Origin: a virus | Taxonomy: Duplodnaviria > Caudoviricetes | IMG/VR virus record: IMGVR_UViG_3300031277_000003 | Coordinates: 1-55,534 of that record | Length of the DNA: 55,534 nucleotides | Direction: 5' to 3' (one strand) | Shown here: piece by piece, positions 17,783-26,893 of the stretch | Layout of the letters: the number at the start of each line of letters is the position of its first letter | Numbering within the stretch: position 1 is the first letter of the stretch | Position numbers and translations under genes: made by a program | The notes under the pieces: generated by a model | Database searches by the model: none | The model's input: the letters and a program-made list of their open reading frames with translations, nothing else | Told to the model about the DNA's origin: nothing

Positions 17783-18034
17783 ATGCTTGATAAAGATATC
17801 GACACTGTTGACACAATGGTGCATTGGAGTATTACATCAACAGCGGCAAACGAGGCGTGGCAACGCATAAAAAAAGAACTGTCGGAACTCGCTCAACTAT
17901 CGCATAACACAGGCAGCCCAAAATTGCCGACTAGCTGTATTGATTGTCCGTTAAGTTTGATTTGTGGTCAACCGGTAGTTATAAATGATGAGTCGTGCCA
18001 GTATTGTCGTCGGCAACTTCGGGCGGGTGCCTGA
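17783..18034 (+). CDS. Cassette 8 protein; Cys-rich C-terminal half encoded within attC
   Basis: GGAG RBS; the frame runs through nearly all of attC 17902-18045. Confidence 0.6.
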   Translation: MLDKDIDTVDTMVHWSITSTAANEAWQRIKKELSELAQLSHNTGSPKLPTSCIDCPLSLICGQPVVINDESCQYCRRQLRAGA

Positions 18035-18080
18035 CGACGTTGTGTTACATTAAGTTTTCTTGAGTATTGGAGGTTTCAAG

Positions 18081-18428
18081 TTGGCTGTTCATTATTTAAA
18101 AACGTGGCCTCAGTATTTTGCCGCCATAATCAGCGGTGAAAAAACGTTCGAAATTCGTAAAAACGATAGAGAGTTTAAGGTTGGCGACAGCCTTTGCCTT
18201 CAAGAATTTATTCCAAGCCACGAACAGTTTACAGGCCGGGTTTGGGTTGTAATAGTAACATACATTTTCAATGGCGGCTCGTTAGGCGTCTATTCTTCAT
18301 ACTGCGTACTTGGTATCCGCCAACTTTCAACAGCAGAATTAGGAATCAAACTGAACGTCACACAACAGCGGCTAAATGCTACGCCTTCGGCTCCGGCACA
18401 AGGCACATGCGAAACGCACGTCACTTAG
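18081..18428 (+). CDS. Cassette 9 DUF3850/ASCH-domain protein
   Basis: HYLKTWPQYF...GEKTFEIRKNDREFKVGD...TGR; GGAGG RBS with TTG start. Confidence 0.85.
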   Translation: MAVHYLKTWPQYFAAIISGEKTFEIRKNDREFKVGDSLCLQEFIPSHEQFTGRVWVVIVTYIFNGGSLGVYSSYCVLGIRQLSTAELGIKLNVTQQRLNATPSAPAQGTCETHVT

Positions 18429-18495
18429 CCGCAGATGTTAAATGAAATACCGCCCTCTTGAGATTTGGGGGCGCGGCTAAAACCGGGAGGTTATC

Positions 18496-18690
18496 TTGTT
18501 AATAAACATTATTGTTCAGGTTGACACATCTACAGATCCAGTGTACAACAATAAATCTTTTGATGATGTGCGCAAGTATTTATTTGATGAAGCAAAACGA
18601 ATATATGAAGATGGGATTGAATTAATAGACGTTGTTGTCGCCGCGCAGGAGAAAGAGGAATCGGGCGGTACTTCACTTAACATCGGGTAA
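18496..18690 (+). CDS. Cassette 10 hypothetical protein
   Basis: GGAGG RBS with TTG start. Confidence 0.65.
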   Translation: MLINIIVQVDTSTDPVYNNKSFDDVRKYLFDEAKRIYEDGIELIDVVVAAQEKEESGGTSLNIG

Positions 18691-18797
18691 ATGTCGCTTA
18701 CGCTTAATGCTACGCACTACACTTACCCGAGGGCCGTTGTGTGGAAATAAAATTGATTTTTATATAAATAGTTTTTGCTCACTACATTGGAGGTTCT

Positions 18798-18941
18798 ATG
18801 AAAGTTAAAATGATATTTAAAAGGCTCGATTCTCGTCGAGAAGATTTTGATAGAATGATGAAAAGCAACATTGGAGAGCTTAAGGTGCGTGCTAGAATGG
18901 AAACAGGCGGTTATCACAAGCCCGGTAGTCTAAAGAAATAA
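18798..18941 (+). CDS. Cassette 11 small basic protein, 47 aa (not in ORF track)
   Basis: GGAGG RBS; MKVKMIFKRLDSRR...YHKPGSLKK. Confidence 0.65.
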   Translation: MKVKMIFKRLDSRREDFDRMMKSNIGELKVRARMETGGYHKPGSLKK

Positions 18942-19161
18942 CACCGTTCGCAAAATAATATTATGGTAATCAATTTTACATTCACACAACAAACGTTAAA
19001 TTCAATACCGGCATACGGTGCGGGCAATTGTCAATGTCTCATGGCAGGGGTGGAGCCCTCCGAAGTACATTATGCCGGTACTAAACTTAACCTAATCCGT
19101 TGTACAAAATGTCTGGCCGGAGAAAATTGGAGTTCGGCTGGCTTAACATTGGAGGCTTCGA

Positions 19162-19434
19162 GTGAGTGATATCAAAGTTATTTTCCATTGCAAAAAGCAC
19201 GGAATATTAAAGTGCTCCGATGTGATTGCGTTAAATGGCGGATACATTTGTGGGTTATGTTTTAATTCACAGCCAGCCGAAGTACAGGGGGACGGCCAGG
19301 CACATCGTACAACACTGCCAGCCCAAAATATCGACTTAAAGACAGGTGTTATTAATATTAACAATTTACATGGTTCCGATCAGTGTAACGGAACTGAGGT
19401 ACCGGCGCAACTTCTGTTATCGCCAATACGTTAA
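19162..19434 (+). CDS. Cassette 12 zinc-binding protein (reads through attC)
   Basis: GGAGG RBS; CKKHG...ICGLC. Confidence 0.65.
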   Translation: MSDIKVIFHCKKHGILKCSDVIALNGGYICGLCFNSQPAEVQGDGQAHRTTLPAQNIDLKTGVININNLHGSDQCNGTEVPAQLLLSPIR

Positions 19435-19493
19435 ATGAAATTTTTGGCGAGTCTTTATAATAGGCCGCCGCTAACCATAAACGAAAGGGTATC

Positions 19494-19751
19494 ATGTCTA
19501 GGCCAGATTGTTATAATTGTAAAGGGCGCGGTTCTATTCCAGGTGATTGTCATTCAACCTGTTCACAGCGACAAGCCCATGTTGTTGGTGATACTACTGG
19601 TATTCGTGGGGGTTGGTTTAATTGGCCGTGGAATTTTGATCCTACATGGCTAGTATCGTGCGATAGTTTTGTACCATTAAGTGGCAAAGAAGCGGCGGAA
19701 GAACAAGGGGAGTCACCGTTTACTTCTGCTAACAGCGGCAGCACAAAATAG
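19494..19751 (+). CDS. Cassette 13 Cys/Trp-rich phage protein
   Basis: CYNC...PGDCHSTC...GWFNWPWNFDPTWL. Confidence 0.75.
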   Translation: MSRPDCYNCKGRGSIPGDCHSTCSQRQAHVVGDTTGIRGGWFNWPWNFDPTWLVSCDSFVPLSGKEAAEEQGESPFTSANSGSTK

Positions 19752-19830
19752 CGGAGCTACTTCGTGCGCCCCGGCTCTGGCCGGTGCCGCGATCCGTTGG
19801 CGGTAATTGCCGCCTTAGAAACTAATTAAT

Positions 19831-20067
19831 ATGAGCAGCGCATATAAAATAGAGGATACTGGAAAGGAGTTTATTGTAAAGCGGCACGGAGGATGGTCTA
19901 GGGCTATTATCCAGTATACTATGCATAATATTGATAGGTCTTTTTACATGGCAAAGGTTTGTTGCGCTGCTCTAAATGCTGCGGAATCGGCGACAACTAA
20001 CCGCCAACAAACGCTACCCGCAGCGGGCGAAGCGGGCTTGGCTTCGCACATTGGAAACGTCGGGTAG
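19831..20067 (+). CDS. Cassette 14 hypothetical protein (reads into attC)
   Basis: Single ORF filling the cassette. Confidence 0.65.
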   Translation: MSSAYKIEDTGKEFIVKRHGGWSRAIIQYTMHNIDRSFYMAKVCCAALNAAESATTNRQQTLPAAGEAGLASHIGNVG

Positions 20068-20136
20068 CGTATGACCGTTGGTAAAAATTTGCCGGGCTTG
20101 AGATAATAAAGCGCGGCTCTTTTAAGGAGGTATCAG

Positions 20137-20424
20137 TTGCTTACAGTTCGCTTTCCTAATGGCCAAGCCGTTCAGTATAACACTGCAAATTATGTTAAGA
20201 GCTCCACCGAATATTCAGACATATACGAGAAGAAAGATGGCGTATGGGTGGCTCAAGTTCCTAATACTTGCATTATTGAAGCTGTCAATGCCTGTCGTGT
20301 GTACCATGCCCCGGAAAGCGAACTGACGGCCAGTATTGCTAATCAAATAGAAGTTTTAGGTCGGAAGTTACTCCGCGCTTATCGTGATGAGGCCCGGAAA
20401 ACTTCTACCAACAAGCGGCTATAA
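20137..20424 (+). CDS. Cassette 15 hypothetical protein
   Basis: AAGGAGG RBS with TTG start. Confidence 0.75.
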   Translation: MLTVRFPNGQAVQYNTANYVKSSTEYSDIYEKKDGVWVAQVPNTCIIEAVNACRVYHAPESELTASIANQIEVLGRKLLRAYRDEARKTSTNKRL

Positions 20425-20508
20425 GGCTCGCGGACTCGTCCCAAATTGCAAGGCGACTTCGCATAGCCGCTGACCGTTACACGCAATAAAAATTTAAGGA
20501 GGTTTCCA

Positions 20509-20769
20509 TTGGATAAAATTTTGGCTTTTTTCGGATTGTGCAGAATCGAGAAGGCGAAGGGTGTTTCACTTTGCATGCATTTGCATTACGTCAGGCAGGT
20601 TCAATATGGTGTTGAAAAAGATTTCGGCGTTAAGCCTAATCAAGAGGCTATTGAGATAACAACATCGGCGTGGTTACAAAATTTCTATCAAGCCATGAAA
20701 GAGTCTGAAAACTCGAACGGCGTCAATATTACAAACGCGCCAAAATTTTCTGATTGCTATGAAAATTAA
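20509..20769 (+). CDS. Cassette 16 hypothetical protein
   Basis: AAGGAGG RBS with TTG start. Confidence 0.7.
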   Translation: MDKILAFFGLCRIEKAKGVSLCMHLHYVRQVQYGVEKDFGVKPNQEAIEITTSAWLQNFYQAMKESENSNGVNITNAPKFSDCYEN

Positions 20770-20975
20770 ATTTTTACAGTCGTATAACAGCCGCAGCCAG
20801 CAATACCGGGCATTGGATAGAGGCGGTATCTAATAATGTTACGACATTGTGAAATGATACAATATCACGTCGGGCATCAGTGCCCGGTATTGCTGGCGAC
20901 CCGGCCAGGGGCCAGTGCGTGAGGACGGTGTACAATGCCTGCCTTTTTAGAATATAGGCGGGCGGAAAGGAGCTT

Positions 20976-21359
20976 ATGAAATATCAAGAAGCTATTAAAA
21001 CGGTACAAGCGGCTTTGCGAAGAGACAAAGAGTTGTATTATTCTTTTCAGGCTAATATCGCCATGCAATTTGTTGACGAAAATCGCCGTCAAGGAAGTCG
21101 CGATTCATATAAAAAGGTTCACGGAGTTGCGAACGAAGCAGCAAAGAATTTTCTTAACTTGCTTATTAAACCAGTCCGCCCGCAGAAAAGCGGAAGCGGC
21201 AGTCACTATACACAACAAAGCAAGGCAGGCTCCGAAGACTGCGCCCAAATTGCCGCTCGTATGCGTGAACTTGCTTCTGAACCGTGCAAGGCCGGATTTG
21301 TTCCAATATCAACAGAAACCTTAAACGAATGGGCGCGGCAACTTCTGCCTTGCTCATGA
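20976..21359 (+). CDS. Cassette 17 protein (reads through the final attC)
   Basis: AAGGAG RBS; YYSFQANIAMQFVDE...ANEAAKNFLNLL motif. Confidence 0.75.
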   Translation: MKYQEAIKTVQAALRRDKELYYSFQANIAMQFVDENRRQGSRDSYKKVHGVANEAAKNFLNLLIKPVRPQKSGSGSHYTQQSKAGSEDCAQIAARMRELASEPCKAGFVPISTETLNEWARQLLPCS

Positions 21360-21406
21360 AGTTATCCCATACCTATTTCAACCATATGCTTCATAGCTGA
21401 TATATA

Positions 21407-21983
21407 TTAAAAAGATCCCATTCTTTTAATCCTGCGCCATCTATCATAGCGTTTAGTTATCACCGCAGAGCATTCCCCATTATACTCACATCCAGCTCCT
21501 ATGCTCATATTACCTGTAATGGTAAAAGATCCCGCCGCGGAACTACCCGTATAATCTCCAGTATACCCGGCAAAGGCGCTACAAGCCTCGCAGATTACGG
21601 TAGTATGGACCAGAGTGTTAGAGTCTACCGTAAGCCCCTCTGTGATCGTCCATGAGGACAGATTGCTTCCCCAGGTAGTGTCTATGGTGTAAGAAGGCCA
21701 TTCATGCTCTATGGCTGTTACTGTAGAATCCTCCGTAACATCTATAAATAACCCCGTTTTTTGGAGTAAAAACCCCTCTATTAATACCACCGTCATATAC
21801 GCAGAATACAGTATCCCCAGCATTAAAAGAGGCAGCGTTATGAGTTGCAAGCGTCATACACGCAGTATAGTCAGTTGACGGGCCTACGGCGTTTACTTTT
21901 GTAGCTGTACCATCGGCTCTTATATAAAAATTTGCTGACATACACAATGTCGTTAAAAGAAAAATAAACAGATTTGGTTTCAT
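21407..21983 (-). pseudogene. Split gene for a signal-peptide protein with a beta-helix-like N-terminus
   Basis: ORF 21983-21702 has a signal peptide and FYIRADG...FNAGDTV. A Thr/Ser/Gly-rich continuation lies in another frame down to 21407. Confidence 0.45.
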
Positions 21984-21996
21984 TTAAAAATACTCC

Positions 21997-22431
21997 TCAC
22001 TTTTTTAAAAATCGTTGCAGGTTTTCTATGAGTGCAACCTGTTCTCGGTGGCCGTCCTCATGAATAAATTGAGCCCATTGTCGATACCTGCAAATATCCG
22101 CATGGTAAGAATAAATCCCTTTATAATTAAGATATACACCGATTGCCTTGAAACCTGAATATGCCAACCTGCAGACCACTTCCCACACGGGAGGCTGGTG
22201 CCCGATGATGGTAATGTCGATCGCCTCTCCGGCCGGATGTTCCGGGCTGTCGTGCTTCCCGGTATTACACCCATTGTGCAGCAATTGCACGGCGGCGTTG
22301 TCAGGCAGTCCAAGTGCGAATTGATCCATACAATGAACCGCCTCAAATCGCATTCCATCAATCTCTGCTCCGGCCCTTTTAAAGTCCTCAATAGTGAGGA
22401 CTGAAAGAGTTAAAAAATCTTCCGGTTTCAT
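21997..22431 (-). CDS. Endolysin, peptidase M15-like
   Basis: HPAGEAIDI (H-x6-D) and YHAD zinc ligands; lies at the end of the late operon. Confidence 0.75.
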   Translation of the reverse strand: MKPEDFLTLSVLTIEDFKRAGAEIDGMRFEAVHCMDQFALGLPDNAAVQLLHNGCNTGKHDSPEHPAGEAIDITIIGHQPPVWEVVCRLAYSGFKAIGVYLNYKGIYSYHADICRYRQWAQFIHEDGHREQVALIENLQRFLKK

Positions 22432-22775
22432 TTTTTCATCGCATCATTAAAAGAATTTAACAAGTTTTTGTCGATTTTCTTTTCCACCGATTCTTTGATG
22501 TTGTCGGCCTTACACCCTTTTAGAAACCGCTGTGCTCCATTGATTACAATGTCAACAATTTTTGAAATGATATCATTTTCTAATTTATCCATACTTTTTT
22601 TCCCAAGCCTTGTATTACCTATGGCCGATACTAGTCGGCCAAATTTTTCACAAGCAGCCCCGGTAATATCAAGAGCTTTTTGCTTCGGGAATTTATGAGC
22701 GATTATTAAACATATAATTGAAATCGCTCCCGGAATCCCGACGTTGATTAAAATTGTATGTAGCATTTCGTTCAT
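22428..22775 (-). CDS. Membrane protein, possible holin
   Basis: N-terminal transmembrane helix; adjacent to the endolysin. Confidence 0.5.
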   Translation of the reverse strand: MNEMLHTILINVGIPGAISIICLIIAHKFPKQKALDITGAACEKFGRLVSAIGNTRLGKKSMDKLENDIISKIVDIVINGAQRFLKGCKADNIKESVEKKIDKNLLNSFNDAMKK

Positions 22776-23446
22776 ACCTTTACCTCCTTAATTTTCCGAG
22801 AAATCTGCCATTGCCGCGGAGTCATCGGTTTTACCCGATGCTTGAAATATCCAATATGTTCATATACGCGCTGTGCCAATTCAGAGCAGATTAATTCCTC
22901 CGGCGAACCGGTTATATGTAAAGCAGACAATACTTTCCAGAGTCCGGCAACGTCGGCGTAATCGTACCGCCTACCGTGATGGTAGATGTCGAATAGATAA
23001 TTGTTGCCATCCTTTATTTGCTGTAGTGTCAGCTTAGCTCGACCGATCCAGCAAACGTGCGGATCTCTGATGTTATCGGTAACATATTCCCGGGGATCAG
23101 TGAGCTTCACCCCGGAAATAATATGCGTCTTCGTCCACTTCCCGCGCATGTCGGCATTGTGGTGATATTCCTCTTCAGTGATTATTTTTTTACCATCGGC
23201 CGAAATGTAGATATCCTTTTTCTTGGTAGCGTCCATTTCAATAATCCAATACCGTCCGTCTTTGCCAATAGCCGTTATCGCGGTATGAGTGGAGAGCATC
23301 GCGCGCTTTTTGTACAGCCCGATACCGCCCCAGGTGTTGCGGTGTATTATTCTCGGCAGAACGCCGAAAGAAGTGGTCCCGATAATATCAAGAGGCCTTA
23401 TGCGATGAACAAGGTATTTCTGGAAATCAATCATACGAGGATTCAT
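22772..23446 (-). CDS. Permuted papain-like (YiiX/YebB-type NlpC/P60) enzyme
   Basis: His (STHTAI) precedes YDY and ICSEL, the permuted catalytic order. Confidence 0.75.
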   Translation of the reverse strand: MNPRMIDFQKYLVHRIRPLDIIGTTSFGVLPRIIHRNTWGGIGLYKKRAMLSTHTAITAIGKDGRYWIIEMDATKKKDIYISADGKKIITEEEYHHNADMRGKWTKTHIISGVKLTDPREYVTDNIRDPHVCWIGRAKLTLQQIKDGNNYLFDIYHHGRRYDYADVAGLWKVLSALHITGSPEELICSELAQRVYEHIGYFKHRVKPMTPRQWQISRKIKEVKV

Positions 23447-23700
23447 TTTACCGCCTTTGGATGAATGATCACCTGCTCATGTTTCTGCCCTACTATTATT
23501 TTCTCAATCTGTTTGAGAGTGAGAAAACCGACATAGGGAGGCGATATCAGATCGGTGTAAATTGTAACCCCATACCGTACCTCTTTCGGTTCCGCCCCTA
23601 CCCGGTCGCCCGGAATAAAAACACAGAGCACGGTTGAAATGAAGAGAAGCATTAAAAGGTATCTGTATAACCTTGTTTTATCCGCGTAGGTTGTTTTCAT
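23443..23700 (-). CDS. Membrane or secreted hypothetical protein
   Basis: N-terminal hydrophobic helix. Confidence 0.6.
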   Translation of the reverse strand: MKTTYADKTRLYRYLLMLLFISTVLCVFIPGDRVGAEPKEVRYGVTIYTDLISPPYVGFLTLKQIEKIIVGQKHEQVIIHPKAVK

Positions 23701-23709
23701 TTTACCGCC

Positions 23710-24003
23710 TCATTTAGACCTTCTTGATATATATTTTAATTCAGCTTTTATTTCTTTAATATCACCTTTTATATCATATACGGCATTCATTATCTCCTTG
23801 GTTGATACATTCTGTTCTCTGTTATCAACCTCACATTGCGTGGTCCTACGTTCAATATCCTTCATTGACTGGACCTGTTGCCCATAAATGAATATAAGTC
23901 CGCCAATGGTGAGCAAAAGCTGTATCCATCCAAGATGTCTGTTCAGTGCCGCCATCATACGATTCTTTCTATGCTCATTGTTTTGAGCTTTGCGGCATTT
24001 CAC
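23710..24003 (-). CDS. Transmembrane plus coiled-coil protein (holin/XhlA-like)
   Basis: TM helix followed by DIKGDIKEIKAEL coil; lysis-region position. Confidence 0.55.
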   Translation of the reverse strand: MKCRKAQNNEHRKNRMMAALNRHLGWIQLLLTIGGLIFIYGQQVQSMKDIERRTTQCEVDNREQNVSTKEIMNAVYDIKGDIKEIKAELKYISRRSK

Positions 24004-24073
24004 TCCCGGTTGCCGCCAACCGTTCCGGGAGCACTAATTAAAACCTATACTCCAACTCTATCGTAATTATTCT

Positions 24074-26389
24074 TTAATAAAACCAATCTACTTGGCATGG
24101 ATAAATACCTCCAGAAGCATCTTCGCCCATATATCCATACGGAATACTTCCATATACACGTAAAACAGTATTCGTACTATCCTTTATCCATCCCATTCCA
24201 TCAGGTATACTATTTATTGGTATCGGGTGTAATGGATAGAAACTTAAAGAAGATACTGGAGCAACTAAATATCCAGCTGGAAAATGGATCGTTGTAATCG
24301 TTGACGCTGTTATTGCTCCTGTCAACTGTGGTAGTTGAATTGAAATTCTCTTCAATGATTTTCTAACAAACGCCTGTGCTCTTGCCCGATACGTTGCGCC
24401 ATCAAACAAACTGCAATATGGTGTAGATGTCAACAAAACACTATCAAGTGCAGCTATTTCAGTTGTATCAATTGAAGATAATACCGATTTTATCTCCTTG
24501 TCACCACCTATCCATGCCATCCTATTTGCCGTTGTATAACTACATTGTAAATCACCACCAAATACATTAGGAGCCGTTCCGTTCTGGTAAATGCCGTAAT
24601 CAATGCCGCTGGCTTCATTAAGATACAGCATGTACGACGTTCCGCCGACTGTTCCGTCAAGATCGACATAAATTTGTATTCCGTAAACATCTCCGGTAAT
24701 TTCGTTAGCAGCTTCTTGATCAATACTAAAAAATCCAACAATGGCATCTCCCCATATTTTTCCACCATTTAAATCAAGAAACGAAAGATTATTTATTGCT
24801 GTCCTGCTATTAGAAACGTCACCAATATTACCATCAGTAACCCTAAGTAAATTATAGGTACTTCTAACATACCCGATTGTTCCAGCATTTTGGTTTAAAT
24901 CAATTAAATTATAATTACCATAAAAATGATCATTAACATCACTGGCCCCCGCCGTTTTAACCAAATTCTGATATATCCCATAAAACGTGCTTGTAAACGA
25001 TAGTGCAGCATCATCAATATTTATATACCGATTCGGGTCTGCGGTGGTATTAATCCCAATCCGTCCGACATTATCAAGCTCCTGACTGTTCCAGTCGAAT
25101 GATGCTGAAGCTGTCCCACTTAAAGAAGCCAACAAATCTGAAACCAGTAATGGCCGTACTCTCCCATTATTTTTTATCAATATAGTATCTGCTGAAACCG
25201 CTGGTACTGCATCACTCAATAATACAATACCATTTAAACTTATTGTATCTGCCCACAAAGAAGTATGATTAGATTCCTCGTTTCCAAGTTCTATCATACC
25301 ACCGGTCGTTGATGATCCTTTTCCACCTAATATCCTTATTACTGAATTTTCACCAGAATTTCTATATGCACGTATAAATACCGTATTTGAATCATCATAA
25401 CCGATAATCCCATGAGTTATTAACAAATCATATTTAATATCAGCAAGATCATCAGATGGGTCATATAAATGAATTATTATGCTATCACCAGACAAATTGA
25501 CATTCCCTTTAATACCAGCCTTTAATGTCACTGATCCAGTGCTGTCCTCATCACCGTTACCATTTAACTGTAAATATGACCCGTGCTCTGAACTCCACGA
25601 TGCTCCTCCAGCAATATATGTTGTCCGTGGCCCAGAGCCTAAATTGGATATACCGATACCGGTATGAGTTGAATCACACCAAATAGCGCCAGGAAAAATA
25701 GTGGCATCGCCGTAAAATTTTACATAAGTGGTGCATAACTTCCCTACGGAGTTTGCGTAAATAAATTTATTATCTGAATATAAATCTTGAACTGCCAAAC
25801 TTCCCTTTATTAAGCATGGGTAGGTATCGCTTCCGAAGTGAAACGTCTTATCATTAATAATGGTTTGCCCCGTTGAATCATTAATGTAAATAATATCATT
25901 TATTCCCATTAATGATCTATCGTAGCTACTGAAACACGCTTCAAGACCCATATTGGAATTCGCTATTGAATCTTTACCTGATTTTTGTGTTCTGTTAAAT
26001 GATCCAATACGAAATTGACTGAAATAATTTCCGGCATAGAAATATCGTGATTTACGTTGAACAATACAGAAATGTGGCCCTGTCTGATCTTCGGCAACAT
26101 CCATATCATAATTAGATAATGTATCAATGAGAAACATTTTTGCGGGATAACCAGACCCCGAGCCATTGGAATAGTATTGTAACCATAAATTATAATAATC
26201 ACTGAAACTGCCATCAACTATCAAATTACCATCAGAATCAGTATAGGTGAAATTATTGTTAGAACCTGATTCTGTTATTTTAACCGCCTCCGTCTCAATG
26301 CTATCAGGCAATTCTTGCACAACTGCATAACTTATTGAAAAACAATAAATCAATAACAGTAATGAAATGTTTATCTTTTTAATATGCAT
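24074..26389 (-). CDS. Tail fibre / receptor-binding protein
   Basis: 771 aa, G/S/T/N-rich, GRIGINTT fibre motif, distal tail position. Confidence 0.65.
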   Translation of the reverse strand: MHIKKINISLLLLIYCFSISYAVVQELPDSIETEAVKITESGSNNNFTYTDSDGNLIVDGSFSDYYNLWLQYYSNGSGSGYPAKMFLIDTLSNYDMDVAEDQTGPHFCIVQRKSRYFYAGNYFSQFRIGSFNRTQKSGKDSIANSNMGLEACFSSYDRSLMGINDIIYINDSTGQTIINDKTFHFGSDTYPCLIKGSLAVQDLYSDNKFIYANSVGKLCTTYVKFYGDATIFPGAIWCDSTHTGIGISNLGSGPRTTYIAGGASWSSEHGSYLQLNGNGDEDSTGSVTLKAGIKGNVNLSGDSIIIHLYDPSDDLADIKYDLLITHGIIGYDDSNTVFIRAYRNSGENSVIRILGGKGSSTTGGMIELGNEESNHTSLWADTISLNGIVLLSDAVPAVSADTILIKNNGRVRPLLVSDLLASLSGTASASFDWNSQELDNVGRIGINTTADPNRYINIDDAALSFTSTFYGIYQNLVKTAGASDVNDHFYGNYNLIDLNQNAGTIGYVRSTYNLLRVTDGNIGDVSNSRTAINNLSFLDLNGGKIWGDAIVGFFSIDQEAANEITGDVYGIQIYVDLDGTVGGTSYMLYLNEASGIDYGIYQNGTAPNVFGGDLQCSYTTANRMAWIGGDKEIKSVLSSIDTTEIAALDSVLLTSTPYCSLFDGATYRARAQAFVRKSLKRISIQLPQLTGAITASTITTIHFPAGYLVAPVSSLSFYPLHPIPINSIPDGMGWIKDSTNTVLRVYGSIPYGYMGEDASGGIYPCQVDWFY

Positions 26390-26889
26390 CTGGCTAACCC
26401 TTCTCCCGATCTTGATTCAAAAACCCATCCCAATAATCTCAAAGGATCAACCCTTGAAATACTATCTGATTGCGCCCTGCCGTTATCGGTATAACCAGTA
26501 TCGGCAGATTTCGACATTCTAACATAATTTTCACGAGTTGCACCATTTGAATTAAAATAAACATCCGCAGGACCGGATACAATCACTTTACACAACCCTC
26601 CGCTTTCAACATCTTCATAAATTACCCCTGATATATTATAGTCGTTTTCAACGGCTATTACAAATGTGAGATCGGTGGTTAATGATGTTTTTACAAGCAA
26701 CCCCTTATTTAATTTATATCCCATTCCATTTATTCCGGTTATATAAAAACCGCCTTCTGCCGTTATCGGGTAAGTTGTTGCAACCGATACAGTTCCCGAA
26801 GAGCTTCCTTGTCGATTTATATACGCTATCAAATCATCGAAGCATCTATCAACTGTAGGTAATCCGGAAGATGATTTTTTAAGATACAT
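26371..26889 (-). CDS. Tail-associated structural protein
   Basis: Position; beta-rich C-terminal domain. Confidence 0.55.
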   Translation of the reverse strand: MYLKKSSSGLPTVDRCFDDLIAYINRQGSSSGTVSVATTYPITAEGGFYITGINGMGYKLNKGLLVKTSLTTDLTFVIAVENDYNISGVIYEDVESGGLCKVIVSGPADVYFNSNGATRENYVRMSKSADTGYTDNGRAQSDSISRVDPLRLLGWVFESRSGEGLARCILKR

Positions 26890-26893
26890 TTTA

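Larger units (their letters stand above)
15298..21367 (+). mobile_element. Integron-like array of 17 gene cassettes with attC-like sites and no integrase
   Basis: AAC...GTT imperfect hairpins at 15449-15605, 15873-15956, 16166-16249, 16544-16695, 17004-17060, 17228-17369, 17600-17747, 17902-18045, 18360-18443, 18675-18742, 18984-19105, 19307-19436 (degenerate), 19727-19802, 20002-20083, 20406-20482, 20782-20933 (damaged core) and 21210-21367. Each cassette start (GTT...) is complementary to its own end (...AAC). Confidence 0.88.

Noticed and set aside
15224-17868. Long ORFs spanning attC sites (15224-15754, 15243-15620, 16798-17373, 17055-17387)
   Set aside because: They are shadow frames through GC-rich hairpins, cross cassette boundaries and lack an RBS.
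15298-21367. CRISPR array interpretation of the recurring repeats
   Set aside because: The repeats are long, variable hairpins separated by whole genes, not constant repeats with 30-40 nt spacers.
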